61,120 bases of DNA, filler included, from Sphacelaria rigidula (GCA_964200075.2; 9 parts of 9 records of this genome joined end to end with filler, not necessarily neighbours in it), one strand, 5' to 3'; counted from the whole stretch's first letter, positions 21,430 to 35,088 are shown. Notes: generated by a model from the sequence alone, not told the origin. Numbers and translations: made by a program.

Positions 21430-22650
21430 CACAGGTATGCCACACCATGCATGCATTACCGCTGTTGTTCATTCTGTTCTTCGCAGCAACGCTGGTGCTG
21501 TCAGTAAAGGAATTCTCCAAAGACGACGAAGTGACGGCGGACATGGCGAAGATCAAGAGAGAGCCAAGGGGAAACCGAAAACTCACGATGACGGAGGACA
21601 CGAAGCCGCTGTGGAGCAAGCAAGCTACACGCCGACGACGCGAGAATTGTTTTGCGATTGCCGGAGAGCCTCGATAAGATGATGTCGATCATCGTGCGCG
21701 TTTCGGGTTTCTTCGTACTGACGGTATCGGAGATGAAGACAAAGGTCATCATGTGCTTACTGCCGAAAGAGGTGGAGGAGTGCCCACTCAGGGTCAACGC
21801 CGGCGGCCAGGTACTACATACGACCAAGCCAGCAAGCTTGTACACAACGGGGGGGATATTAGCGAGAACCGGAGGATGGACAAGGAGATGGTAAATCGCC
21901 TGAACACAACGGCTAATTGATGCACGACCGTCGGGGGCTCCCTCCTCACGCCCCCCACCCCGGCTTAAGATACAACTGTTCCAAGCCCTTTCTGTGCGGG
22001 TGCAGGGCGTGGACTCTGTTGTAGAAGAAACACGTCCATCTCAACCCGTTTCACCGCTGTTTCCTCACACCCTGCATCGGGTGGAACAAGAGAACGCGTG
22101 TAATGCGTGAGAGGACCGCGTGCTTAGAGGACCGCATCGGACTTTGAGCATCCCCATGGTTAGGGTTAGGGTTAGTGTTGCTGTTGGGGTTATGGTCAGG
22201 AGCGTGGTATCTGCAGGGACTGGCCCGATTGGTTTAGAAAAACATCGATCCTGCGGTGTTTTGAACTACGGCGCGGTCCTCTAAGCACGCGGTCCTCTCA
22301 CGCAGTACAACGCGCACGGACCTCGCTCTGTCCTACGTCGAGGTCTTCCTCAAGACCGACTGCACCGAGACCCTCGAGGTAAACGTGCGCATACAGAGAC
22401 TGTTCGTCATGGGATTCGCCATGTGCATGGGAGACAACCGACTACCGAAGCGTATCATGCTGGGTACGTTGGAGGCGGGCAAGGAGTGCACAGGATGCAA
22501 TGCCTAGGAGAGGACCTTAAGTTATTCGATATGGCAGAAGAGGAGGAGAAGGAGGAGGGGAAATGGAAAACGAGCGCCACGGAACCCGAAGAATGGCACG
22601 GCGAAGTGAGGACAAGGGTGAAATGTTCAACGGGAAATGACACCGACAAG
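21430..22650 (+). mobile_element. Degenerate RTE-clade LINE fragment (end of RT and C-terminus)
   Basis: PLLFILFFAA, YADDA at ~21625, ESLDKMMSIIVRV, TVSEMKTK, CIGWNKRTRTDLALSY (across the MITE) and NRLPKRIMLGTLE. Confidence 0.85.
22099..22309. mobile_element. 211-bp MITE, TGTA...TACA, with ~37-bp TIRs, 5-bp TSD ACGCG and internal (TTAGGG)n
   Basis: TGTA(A/C)TGCGTGAGAGGACCGCGTGCTTAGAGGACCGC at both ends; TSD at 22094-22098 and 22310-22314. Removing it restores the LINE reading frame. Confidence 0.92.
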
Positions 22651-24254
22651 AAGTAGTGACAACCATTAGACCCAGCTTGGTGATCCGAGGCACACACCAA
22701 CAACGATCATAGAGATCCGAAAAAGAGAGGGGGATGGGTGTACTCATGATCTTGCATGTCGTGCTGCTGAGACCATTGACCTCGTGTCCCTACAAAGCCC
22801 GGACGAAGCACGCCGGGTTTTCAACGGATCAGGCAAAGAGGGGGGAGAAAGGGGGGATTGAGATCGGGGGCAGCTCAGTACAACTTTAAGAAAAGGGGGG
22901 GAAGAGATCGAAATTAGAGGCGCGTTTGATGTCCATGCTGGCTTTTTGGTTTGGGTCCCGCACCGGCAGCGGCAACAAGGAGGGCCCTCTCTGACCCAGC
23001 TTCCTGCATCCATGGTCGAACATCACTTTGTCATACCCTACTGCAAGGCTGACCCTCATTTCAGGTCCAACCCAACATAGACCGAAGACCCTCGGGCAAG
23101 GAGAACAAATGACGTGTCTGAGGCAAAGCGTGCGTTGGCAGAGCTCAAATCGATGCCTGTGCGTCAGTTTGAACCAAAACACGTGCTAAGCACACTGAGC
23201 AGGCCGTTGAGACTATGAGCTGTCATGACGTTGAAAGGGGTGTGCCGCATATCCTTCTCAGGACCGTCACTGGTTGTTGACCGAGATCTTGAGATTTCCA
23301 GTCCGATCGGCAGAATACTAGCTAGCTGTGATTGCTGACCAGCGAGAAATAGGGCATGTGTCCCCTATTCCCAAAGCGGTCACGCCTTGGTGCGCGTATG
23401 TACAGAAGATTTGGCATAGCCACCCTCACTTCCTCCATCGTCTGGATCCTTCTACGAAGCGAATACGAGAGGGAGCAACGAGCGGGATAATTAGACGGTG
23501 AACACTAGTTTCCTGTCTGACTGAGAGGCATCTACCTACATGTGAAATCTCAACACCTCTGGGACACGATCCAAATTAAGCTGATAGGTGATTGAAGCAG
23601 CTTGCGCCAGGGATAGAAACGTCACAGGCCTGTCAAACGTGACTGCCTCTTAGCTTCATCACAGAGCCCTTCGAAGATCCGAGTGTGATGATTGACAGTA
23701 GAACTACGTGGCCTCCAACCATGAATTTAGGGAGATGCTTTTGGCGGGGGAAAGCACTGGTGAAAACGGTACGGTGTGCATGGGACTTGGATGCACGGCG
23801 ACCAACAGTAAGAGCAACTGACGAACAGCCATGGCGACCCACGAGGTTTCAAACCCCGACCAAGGGAGTTGCACTGCACTCTGAACAGTGCTCGTTGCCA
23901 TCACGATAGTTCTGATACCGGACCACGCACGATATCTTCGTCTTGACCTTGATCCTCCCAGAAATGGGGTGATGACGTCTAGTTTTTGCAGAACCACACG
24001 GCACAACTTGTGTCAAAACTGCACAGCTGTTTTAACTCGTCGTTGATACTCGCCTGATATGGGGCCGAATACACTCGATTGGAACACCTGTTACTCTCGT
24101 GGAGTCAGGCTATCTGGGGACTCGTGCGAGTTCAGCGGGAGGCGTTTGTATGCTATGCTGGATGTCCCGAAATAATAGGCACACGTTCGCACTCGAAGCC
24201 TTCTGGCACGCAACGTCATATCTATCTTTCTGCTCCTGATTGATCGGCATTTAA

Positions 24255-24640
24255 AACATGTTCGTGAGATAAGGAACGAATTTGTTTTTCGGGACGGGAA
24301 TTTTTCGTGTTCAACAAGATGGTCGAGTCGTCCGAAATTGCCGTCACCCTTCTGAGAGCCCGTGATCCGACGGCCAGTTTCGTGCAAAAGGGTTTAAAGT
24401 TGATGTGGTCAGTGCAGAGTTGTGAGGAAAATTTGTCCATAAAAAAAATATCTGCACATTTCCGGCCGCATCTCATGGAAGGCACCACCGATTTCAAATC
24501 TGATTACGCCCCAATTCCCGTCAGATCACGTGCGTTCAGGGGGGTGACCGCTGTTTGAGACGATTCGACTGTCGTTGTGTAAATCACGCAAAACCTTCAG
24601 TTCCGGAAATAAAATCCGTTCCTGACCTCACAAACATGTT
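24255..24640. repeat. Long degenerate inverted repeat (~120-bp arms)
   Basis: AACATGTTCGTGAGATAAGGAACG...GTCACCCTTCTGAGAGCCCGTGATCCGACGG resembles the reverse complement AACATGTTTGTGAGGTCAGGAACG...GTCACCCCCCTGAACGCACGTGATCTGACGG. Confidence 0.75.
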
Positions 24641-25975
24641 ATTTGTCTCCATCCTCTCTTCGATCCTTTTTCTTTCACTTTTCGATAACAGCTAAAAACG
24701 GTTTCATCTGTTCGAATTCGAGCATGTGTTGATATTTATTTGCGGTGGGCCGGGAAATCAAAGGAAGTTCAGTGTTGATTCAGTGTAGAGAGGGTCGATC
24801 ATACGACGCTATTTTTCGACCTCGATCTCCGACTTTCTGTGACGAATGAGACTCGCAGGTGTACAATATAATAAAATCCGAGAAAATGAAAAAGAACAAG
24901 GATGTTGGCCCTGACCCAAAAAAATCGTGCACAACTAGATCGGACATTGCTCGCGAAGCAGGCGTCTGCTTGAGCCTTAACCTACATCATGGACAAAATT
25001 GTTATTAGCTTCCCTGAAGGCTCGAAAATACTCCGAGAATTGGTCAGCTACACGTGTTGGGAAGAAATTCATTGCATATCCGGAAGGATGGAAGGGGAGT
25101 GGTTCAAATTGTGAGGAAAAACAAAAACATGTGTTGGGAAAAAATTCATTGCATATCCATCCACAACCGAGCGGTAAAATACGTTAATGTTCAGCATGAG
25201 CAGCAAGATAAGTAAGGCGTAAAACGAGCAGTACGAACGGGTTTAATCGTCGTAGATGAATGGGTAGACTGAACTGTTAGAGTCAGAATAGCTAAATGCT
25301 TGATTCGAAGAGCCCATAGTATTAAGTGTTTGTGGACGTACAGTTCATAGCTGTTGAGTTCAAGTCGTATAAATCATGAAAACAGAGGTTTGTTGGGATT
25401 GGACAGTTTAATGAGGTGACCTCTCGTGTCCACTCCGTATTTTCATCCACTCAATCAAGCCTGTAAGCTTCTTATTGGTTTCTGCGTGAGTAACGAAAGG
25501 CGCGTTTTAGTGTGTTTCATTCTGTGCTCAGCCAGGTGAACCGCCAAGTGTAACTTATTTTTTTATTGCACGAAGCGAGGGTCAATCCAACACAGCGCAG
25601 ATTCTGCGAGCTTTCTTGATAGAGCCGGGTTCACGAGTTAAACCGACTGTTCCTGTCAAGTAGACAGTTGAACACTGTGTATTATACGCAGACAAGCCGT
25701 AGCCACCTTTCCAATAACATGTAAATATCCGGGACTATTCGCAGGAGTCGAAGTTTTTCGCGATAAAACGTACCAGATCCTTCTCCAGAAGCGTACGGCG
25801 CTGACTGTGATCGCGCCTCTCTCTCGAAATAGGCCCACTACTTCCGTGGTCAAAGGCGAAATCATTCTATAAAAGAGTTCGCAATCAAGGACCCGAAGCG
25901 TCCGTTGCAAGATTTGGCCAATGTTTTTTGCAAGTGACCGCGGTTCAGATCGAGGTGCTTTCCAACTGTACTCAC

Positions 25976-26487
25976 CGACAAAGGCACGTTATGAATTGGA
26001 ACACAAAGCCGACAATATCCACCAGGGCCCCAAGCGCTGCCATGAAGATGTTCAGAGGTGGCGGGACACGTTCCTGATCAACTGAGTGCCGGCTCTTGAG
26101 GATGATCGACGTTCTGGCCAGGTGGTACTCGCTCTCGGCGTTGATGTTCATGTCAGCGTGCACGGTGCTGAGCACCGCGATGAGGAGATTCAAGAGCAGG
26201 ATGATCATGATGACCAGATACGTGACCATGAGGAACAAGCCGGCGCCAAGCACCCAGTCGGGACCGTCGCAGTCCCCGTTGTGGAACATGTCGAATCCAG
26301 GGCTTCCAAGCATAGCGTCGAACATGAAGAGGAGTGCGTGCCGAAAATCTCCAAAAGCTTCCCCAAGCATGTCCTCCCCATCCGCGCACGATGAAAACAG
26401 CGAATGAAACACCAGCGCAAAGCCCACCATCAACACGAGCAGGAACACCGAAAACTTGAACAGGTGAAAGAGCATCCTCCAAATGAT
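25976..26487 (-). CDS. Internal exon of a TRP-family cation channel (S5, pore, S6, TRP-domain region)
   Basis: Pyrimidine tract with CCCGTAG acceptor and CG|GTGAGT donor; 512 bp open. Contains GFALVFHSLF, pore helix FMFDAMLG, LLLNLLIAVLS, EYHLAR and PPPLNI. Confidence 0.88.
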
Positions 26488-27210
26488 CTACGGGAGAGGG
26501 AGGGAAAGGGGGGCGACCAGGTAGGCGGCAGAAAATATACCGTCAGGTGGGAACTATGTTTTTCGTTGCGGTAACGACAGGGTTCTACATCTCTCACTAC
26601 GTGCACCCAGGCCCCGAATATTGCTCACGCAAAAACGTCGGTGTTACGACGTGAGAGATGCGCAAAAATATACAGTGTTCATCCGTAGAGTACCGACAGC
26701 GATCCCTACTTGTGAACAGAGCGGTCAACGGTGATGCTCGATCACTGTCACAGAAACGCTACAGTAGTGGAAACCCGGCAGCACCTGGATGCCAGGGAAA
26801 TCGAGTTATCTACTCTTCCCGCGGGAAAACACTGAGAGTAGCGCCGCGACAGCTCCTCCACCCAAACCAGCTCCACAACCGTTTCGAAGAAAATGGGCAT
26901 ACCGCGCGTAACAGCTGGTTTCAGACTGCACGGGGCGCCTCATATGGACGGCATTGACGAAACCGATCCCAAGCGTCGGGGTTCCCAGTCCCTCGGTGTG
27001 CTCGGTTTTGTCATTATGGCTAACATGCAGGTTTTATATGATTATTGACCTCGCATCCCTAGAAAGCCGGGACGGAGCACGCCGGGTTTTCGCCGGACCA
27101 GGCTCGCACTNNNNNNNNNNNNNNNNNNNNNNNNNNNNNNNNNNNNNNNNNNNNTTAATTAATTAANNNNNNNNNNNNNNNNNNNNNNNNNNNNNNNNNN
27201 NNNNNNNNNN

Positions 27211-27275
27211 ATAATAATAATAATAATAATAATAGTAATAATAACAACAATAATAATAATAATACTAATGATGAT
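27211..27275. repeat. (AAT)n microsatellite
   Basis: Read directly from the sequence. Confidence 0.95.
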
Positions 27276-28278
27276 AGTTTGGGTCGCTGCTTGCTTCTGA
27301 GGATTGTTCATGATTTTGAGCAAAGGTAAAAAAATGTATTCGTCGGCACACGAAAATTCATCTACAGTATCTCGTGCAGCGGTATCCTTTTTTCTTAAAA
27401 TATCTTGTACTCGTAGTGCTGCTGAGTGGACCATCTGCTGCTAGGCATCTCTCAATCTCAAACTTTTGACGGCCAGCGTGGGTTGGGTGACCTGCGTCTT
27501 GAACTTATTTCTCTAGTGAAAATGATGCCGATTCAACACATGAACCCACCCTGGTGGTGAAATGGTTCATCTTGTTTACATGGTTGACTGTACTGTAGCT
27601 GCTCCACGAGTACGAGTTTTTGCTGGGAAATGGAATCGGTGAGAGGAGATAGACTCTGCTCATGTTCGTCCAACTTTGAGGACCTTTGCCTACAAGACCG
27701 ATGACTGTCGCAATATGCATATGTGAGAACCAAGCCTGCCTGTGTACGTGTTTCCTGTTCCCAGCACACGAGCGCGGATCAATAAAACTTCCACAATCAA
27801 ACCACCAACCAACCAGCTAATCAATCAGCTGTAGGCGACACAGCATACAAAGCACGCTCGTCCCTTTGACCGCCAGGGTGTTGAGCCAGCACCATCTTCA
27901 CTTGAAAAACAATTCCAAGGCCCAGATGCCCACCTCTGGCTGTCAAAGGGTTATGGTGACCATGAAACTGATCGCGATGGCGGGATGACTATAGGCAAGC
28001 GCAAACTGTGCAAATATACCTGTCCTGAGCCTGACGCTGTCCACTTGTTCTGAGATACCTCAAAGTGACTATTTTCCTCCTCGAGAACAGCGAGGTCGGA
28101 AAACGAATTTTCCGAGAGTATAGGCCATCACGCACGGTACAGTTTTAGCGGGATATGGCGTGTGATGACTATTTGGTAGCGGAAGGTGAGTCACCCGTGG
28201 GTTCCATTCAGAGTAGTATTCAGGAATGTGGTGATATACTACGTACTAGTCATAGGCACCATCACCTGCGGTACTCAC

Positions 28279-28361
28279 CCCAGCGCCAGATCGGTGACAA
28301 CGTAGCTCCTTAAATTCTCGTTCGGCAAGACCTTGCACTTTGTTCGGGAGTGCCGTAGCAT
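28279..28361 (-). CDS. Candidate 83-bp internal exon, unknown protein
   Basis: T-rich tract with TGGCAG acceptor and GG|GTGAGT donor; two frames are open, so the frame is undetermined. Confidence 0.5.
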
Positions 28362-31300
28362 CTGCCAACAAAAAGAAACAGAAAAACAAAACGAGATAAT
28401 GCACCCAATCGGGGGGGGGGGCAGCAGCGAACAAAAAAAGTGACGAGGCAAGCACATATATGTGTGCATGTAACTTCTGATTATGTCGCGGATGACGCAT
28501 GCATGACTTGGATCTGGCATATTTACTGTGAGATGGACGGACTCACATATACACACATGCAAATAAACACTCGTATACATTTTCATATATCGATCGAATA
28601 AAATTATAGTTAGCCAATCATCGGTATGACAGCACACACCCAACGTAAAGTGCATTGAGAATAGAAATACCGCGCAGAAAGTGCAGTGTAGTAGGGTACA
28701 CAGACGGGGTGACAGGGTACCAATACGCTGGCTGACACTCAAAATCTCTCGGAAAACTTCGCACTGCGAAGGCCACGTTTCCACCCGCCTGTTCCTGCAC
28801 ACCAAGTGATAAGATCCGCTGGTGAACCATTTGGTGGGAGGTCACACGACGCACGGGTTATTGTCAAGTCCTCCACACAGTTTAGCGCCACCCCTTCTGG
28901 TCAAAGCGGTACATCAACCACTGTGGGTATGAACTACATTATATTTTAGTTTGCTGTTGTTGCTTCCACATAAAAAGTGGTGACAAAAATTAATCATTTC
29001 ATTTGCTGAGTGCACCACCACCCACTTTTGACGGGCCCGTCTTCGAGAGCATCATGCTACCGTCGGAAAGCTATATCGCTTGGGGACGCGCTAGTCCCGG
29101 ATGAGAGGGAAGGGGCGTCGAGAGCTGTGGCGAACGAGAAAGCGATGGGGTCTGCCGGGTGCATTATCTGGTGAACTTCTCAAGCTTGGATTGTCCGACG
29201 AGCGTGGGTAGATCTCGTGCTACTTCAACAGCTAGAACCATCGCTGCTCGTTGGACTTCTGGCGAGGCAACAGACACCGGCAGCGAACAACGTCATAATC
29301 CAAGTGCCGCACAAATAGGATAGGATCGCTTGGGCGAAATATGGGGGTCGTTCTTGTGGCGAGTACCGGTAATTTTCTCCTCGAATTCGAAGCCAACGGG
29401 CTCAACAGCTTCCACGGGGAGGCAGGGGAGGCAGGGCTTCTCCTGCAGCAGTGCAAAATACGGCGCCAATGCTTGGCCACCAAACATCACGTCTTTCGCA
29501 CGCTGGTTGTAGGAGTTAGGGTGAGCAAGCCATACCCGAGTGAATACATGCTTCACCTTTCTGCAGAAGGCGCACGACTCGGTCGACCGCACGATTCTGT
29601 GAAGACTGCTAGCCCGTTTCAGAATTCCGCGCGGGTAAAGACGGCAATTTCCATATCCCACTGTGGCATGCGAGCCCGGCTACAGCCGGATGAATGATGA
29701 AAGACTTTCAGAACGGTTCAGCGTCTGTTGGAACCTCGGGGGCGGGAATGATTCCTTCTCCCCACTGTTGAAGCGAATCACGGAAGAGCCCGCTATCGGC
29801 TCAGACTTGGCACACCCACGTGATGCACCGCAGGACGATGATGGCAATCTCAACCGAGAGACGCTGATGGAGAGGGTGCAAGGTGCGACACGCGGTTTGG
29901 GGAATGCTCCAAACTATACGGTCGCTGCAGTATCCACCTATGCTCAAGATCCAGCTGCTTAAACTGGGGGCAATGTACCTTATCTAAAGACGAGGGATAA
30001 GGAGGGGAGCGGAGGGGGCACGGAAGTCGGTATCCCCGTGCTCGCGTGCCCTGCTTTTCTTTTCTCCTCTCTCTGTGACCTGTAACTTGGCTCCTCTATT
30101 CTGCTTTTGTGCTTGATACCGATATTGCTTGTGTTTGTTTTTTAATCTAGTGACCGAGAGATGGGGATAGGTGAGTCGCCAACAAATTCGCTCTGACTTG
30201 CTTCTTGTACGACTTCGTTCTGCTGGGATTGTTGTCGGGGCCGGTATATGTGGCGTCTTGTCCATTTGATATTCTTCGTTTACTCCAACCTCCGTTTCGT
30301 TGTCTCCACTGCATCCTTTCCACACGAGGGTTATCTGCTGTAGCGAGCGTTTCCGTCTATTCACCGTGGCTACATATGTCTTGCAACCTCGGCTGGTCTT
30401 GTAGCAGAGCAGTCAACGCGCCATCACTCAAGATATGGTCATGCTGACATGTGTGTGGTAGCATCCATGTCATGATACGTGCTGGATATGATGTAGTGAA
30501 CAGCGGTACGCATTGCTATATCAAGCTGATCATACAGGATACTGCAGGAGAACTCGTGTACGACAAGCAAAAGGGCACGAAGTGGTTCACGCATGCACAG
30601 ACACAAATGGGTCTTCTGGCAACGACTTCGCGCACGTGCAAAATGAGGGGTGACGCCGTTCCGTGTTTTGTACAAGCGCCACAAGCTATACACTCTGCAC
30701 ACTTGCCATCAGATACACGGAATGGGTAGCATATAGCAACGCAGCACCGACTCATGTCTACACAACCCTGCCAAGATGCTCACTGTCTATCCGCTATCGT
30801 ATCATGACAACATGCTGTCATGACTGACGATTGCCCACATTTGCCGTGTACATCTGGCACGGATCATCAATCCACCCAAGCCAGTACGTTTTTCTATACG
30901 CTTGTCGCGTCAAACGGCTGCTTCAGCATCCGTATTCAGCAAGCATCGCACTCTTGCACACCCAGGACAGATAATAAAAATTAATCACTGGGATCGTCCC
31001 TTGACCTCATGTGTAAGCGCTTGAAGTTCAGAGCAAGTGTGTTGGGGGCGACTGTGGCAGGACTGTCAGGTTGCTTGAAAACGTGAGGAACCCGTCGTTT
31101 TGTCCCGAGACTGGGAGCGTCGCCACGATAATATGATCTGAACCCGGGTTTGTTTCACCACCACTAGCACTCAGCACCCAACTTCATCCTGTGGACGGTG
31201 AGACATGGGGACAAATGAGACAGGAGGGGAGCTGTGGTACCTCAACTACGAGATACGGGCCCCTCGCCGAAGCTGACTGTGCTTTATGTCCTGCTCCGTA

Positions 31301-33072
31301 CACGCCGGTACTGTGTACTGTGTTCCCCCCATATCATACCTCCACCCATGCATCTCATAACCACATATCTTAATGCCACCAACTCTTCCCCCACAATGAA
31401 CGGAACGTCCATTGGAGTCTCGGTCCTTTGCCATTTCCCACCTCTCGACCTGTGAACTGGGGGCAAAGCGGGGAGGGTGAGTGTGTAAGAGAGGAATGTA
31501 TTGAGGGGTACCACAAGAGCCGACGCCGAGAGGCGGACCATGAAGTGAGCATACTGTACATTACGGGGAAATAACCCAAGACATGGAATACTCAATGACA
31601 GAGAAACAAAGGAAGGCGGCCAAATGCAAGCCGAGAAAACAACTCGTGTGGTTCTTCGAATAACGGAGGCGGGAAATCCTCAAAGACAATCCGTAATACC
31701 CGCGGGAAATTAGGTTCGCGTAACATGATCCACAAGAAAGACATGGTGCTTGTTATCGGGGTTGGGCCAGGAGGACCTTTGGCACCGAAGTCGGAATCGA
31801 GCAAAAATACAAAACCCACGTTCTTCGTCACTCTGGCCCCAGCCTTCGCTACCCGCGGCCAGTGTAACCTCGGGTTTGTTCGAGGGCATCGGCTGGACTC
31901 GCGTAGATTATAGGCAAGTGCTAATGTGTTGCCACGTTGCCACGAGACGGTCGATACATGTATTGTGTGTTTGTTTGCGGGCTCATTGGTGGTACATTGC
32001 ATTACAAGTACAGCAGCAGCAGTACAGCTTGTCGTGAACCATATGACCCAGCTTGTGCCTACCCGACTGGGCTGACGGAATGACAAAAGATTGCTGCGGC
32101 CTTGTCAAAGCACAGCGGTCACCCAAGAGACGAATGTATGGCCACACCACGCCGAGGGAGAACTCTCGCCACTGCCTTCAACACGGCTGTAGCAGCGTTC
32201 GACTGCACATGCACAACGTGCTCAAAGTGGTCCCCCCATAGTACACCTGACGGTTTGGACGCCGAAAGGATTAACGGCGGTAACCCTGACGCGAAGCTGA
32301 GCGGGTCCTCCCTGTTTGCGAGCACCACCTTCAATAAAGCGTGTCGATTACATTGTTGTCTCTAAAACGTGTCGTGCAGTAGCCAATTGTTCCACCAATA
32401 AGCAACTCTTCGCATTTTGCCAGCGGTCAGCATGGGGATCATCTCTTGCGTCCACAAGTACGCAGTCTCCAACATTGTGCCTGTTCTGTGCTGCACTTAC
32501 TATACGCCGGAATGACCTGGGACGTCTTGCTGTTTCAACGGTGCTCAGCAAAGCAAGTATACCCTGTCCTGTCCAGATTGCCGTCTTGTTCGCTTGCTGT
32601 TCACGACCCGGGTGGGTCATCTGGATCTTGAATTTCATTTTCCGGGTGAAAACGACATCGATTCGACAGATGGCATACTTTCCGTCACCACCTTTTTTCT
32701 CCTATCGGAACCGGTTGTATTTTCTCTCCTGCCCCTCACCTCTATAATTTTAAATTATTATCTGTTCTGTTTGCCTCCCGCTGCTTGTTTCCGATCAGTC
32801 TACTTCGTTTATTCTAACCTTCGTCCTGTTTTTCCCCTTCCTCCAGTTTTCTTCAGCGAGCGATTCTGTTTTTGTTCACCTTGGGTACGCATATCATGTG
32901 GATAATGACCACGGCTGGATTATGACTCCTAGGAGATCTGTGAGTTCATGTTCGGCGATCAATGAACGACCAACCATCGATCATCGTGAGCCATGGTGCG
33001 GTCGCGAACGCTTAGGTTCCATCTCAAAGAGAGAAAAAAAATGATATGTCACACTGATAATGTGAGTGGCAG

Positions 33073-33247
33073 TGGCGAACGGGTCACACGTGGCAACCAT
33101 TTTACATTTCCTTTCGCGCTCTCATCGGGTTGCTCCTGCGTTCTCACGAAAAATAACGAAAAAAGGAAGACAATACTTCTTCGTGAGAATAAGACTGAGA
33201 ATGCGAAACGGAACGTAAAATGGTTGCCACGCGTGAGCTGTTTGCCA
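33073..33247. mobile_element. Palindromic MITE or hairpin element (~175 bp)
   Basis: TGGCGAACGGGTCACACGTGGCAACCATTTTACATTTCCTTTCGC resembles the reverse complement TGGCAAACAGCTCACGCGTGGCAACCATTTTACGTTCCGTTTCGC; inner TTCTCACGAA/TTCGTGAGAA also pairs. Confidence 0.85.
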
Positions 33248-33569
33248 TTCTCGCCCACACATACCGAAACGTGTAGACTGGCGTCCGAAATAGATGGGGG
33301 TGGCAACACATGAACACACACCACTAACAAGTAGAGCTGGGTATGAGTGATGATGATCGTCTTTGTCCTCGAGAAACTGTTTTTTCGATACATTTCTCGA
33401 GCAATTTGACATTAATGTACAACAAAAGCACATACCCAAGGACACACCGGGATTTCATCCGCACCCAAAAGCGTGTTATCTCACCCATATCGAAATGACT
33501 GTCACAGTATACAGTGAAAAAGGTGCTGGTCGCAGACAGGCGTTATGCGGGCCATGACTTACACAGGAT

Positions 33570-33841
33570 TCGTCAGACGTGACGAGAGTCTCTGTACCGT
33601 TGTGTGCAGGACCGTCTGCATCGTGTACCGCGCCGCGAGCACTATCGCTTGCTGAGAACGGTTCACTACCGGCTCCTCCTGCGAGTTATCGGGTACCGCC
33701 GCATACGTGGCACACGCCGGCAGCTGTCGTACGCGTAGGCTCTCAAGAAAACCGAATGCTAAAGAGTGGAAGCCATCGTCCGGCAACGCCGACTGCTGTT
33801 CGCGGGAGTCCTGACGAGACAACCGGACGGACGACTACTCG
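33570..33841 (+). mobile_element. RTE-clade LINE C-terminal fragment
   Basis: LRTVHYRLLLRVIGYRR...QLSY...VEAIVRQRRLLFAGVLTRQPDGRL, homologous to 10545-10700 on the minus strand. Confidence 0.8.
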
Positions 33842-35088
33842 TGGGGGGGGGGGGGGGGCAACCCATTTGTTGGTTGCCCCAGTCGTTTGGCAATTGACCA
33901 GCCACCCCTTTCNNNNNNNNNNNNNNNNNNNNNNNNNNNNNNNNNNNNNNNNNNNNTTAATTAATTAANNNNNNNNNNNNNNNNNNNNNNNNNNNNNNNN
34001 NNNNNNNNNNNNCGCTCCGAGAATCGAACCCCACAACTCAACCACCAGAAGGTTACGAGGTTACCAACTGAGCCACCGGGGCGACATGATGTACCGAGTG
34101 ATTAGTAGCGCGTACAGACAACACTCCGCAGATGGTATTGGTGCGGAACACGTAGGATACTGCACCCATCCAGTGCCACGGGTTAGACCCACTTTTATGG
34201 CAAGCACAAATCTCGATTTTTGAAAAATCGGGGAACGCATTTTATGGACACGGATTTGGACCGAGTCGGGGCCGAAAAAAATCGGGGGGAAACTGTTCCG
34301 AGATCGTGACTCCCCCGATTTTTTTAAGGTGACGTACGTGCATTGACGTACACTCCCAGAGTACGAGGCGTTTGATATTTTTGCAATGGCAGCAGAAGAC
34401 AGTCTCATGACACCACATCGACACAAATTAATTCCTCAAGATATGGTTCTATTCTTTCATGTGCCGGTGACTTAGATTTTGACAACTGCTACACGCCATA
34501 CAAATTTGGATTCCTAGGGGAAAAATGAAATATGGAGAATTCACGCGATCCGCGATGATGAACAAGGTGAATATCAGCATAGACCTGCAGGAACATGGCG
34601 GGAAGGGACTCATTGACGTACTCACGAACGCAGACACGGATTCGGAAGACCCCAGCATCTTCGAAACTACATGTATTTGGTGAACATCTGGATGCGCTAG
34701 GGGCCAACGTATTCCGAGCACGTCCAGATGAAGGAAGGAGCAAGAGGACCAGGGAAGCCCTAACAAGCCCGTGCCTGATGCACCCGTCGATGATAGCGCC
34801 GACTATTAATCATTGATGCATGACTGCGCGCACTTACTTGGAAAATTGTGTGCCCCTCCTTCCCCCCCGCGGCCAGCCGAAAGTGAAAGAAAGGTGTGCT
34901 GTAGGGTCAAGTCTGCGGGTTCGGTATTTTTTGTCTCATGCCCCTGCAGTGAATGAGAGAAACCAGCCGTCCCATCCAGTAACGTGGCAGGAACGGAGGG
35001 GACCACAGACCCACAAAAATGATTACTCCCTGTGTACGAAAATTTTAGTCCGATTTGCACCGTATGTCAAATCAAACGCTCAAGACTA

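Noticed and set aside
8951..22314. Shared CGCG target preference (TSDs CCGCG and ACGCG)
   Set aside because: Only two events from unrelated element classes; too few to support a claim.
29040..32640. Possible decayed transposase or gene fragments (also 1-900, 22980-24200, 38766-39570, 46300-46960)
   Set aside because: Coding-like composition but no motif I can identify; blastx would be needed.
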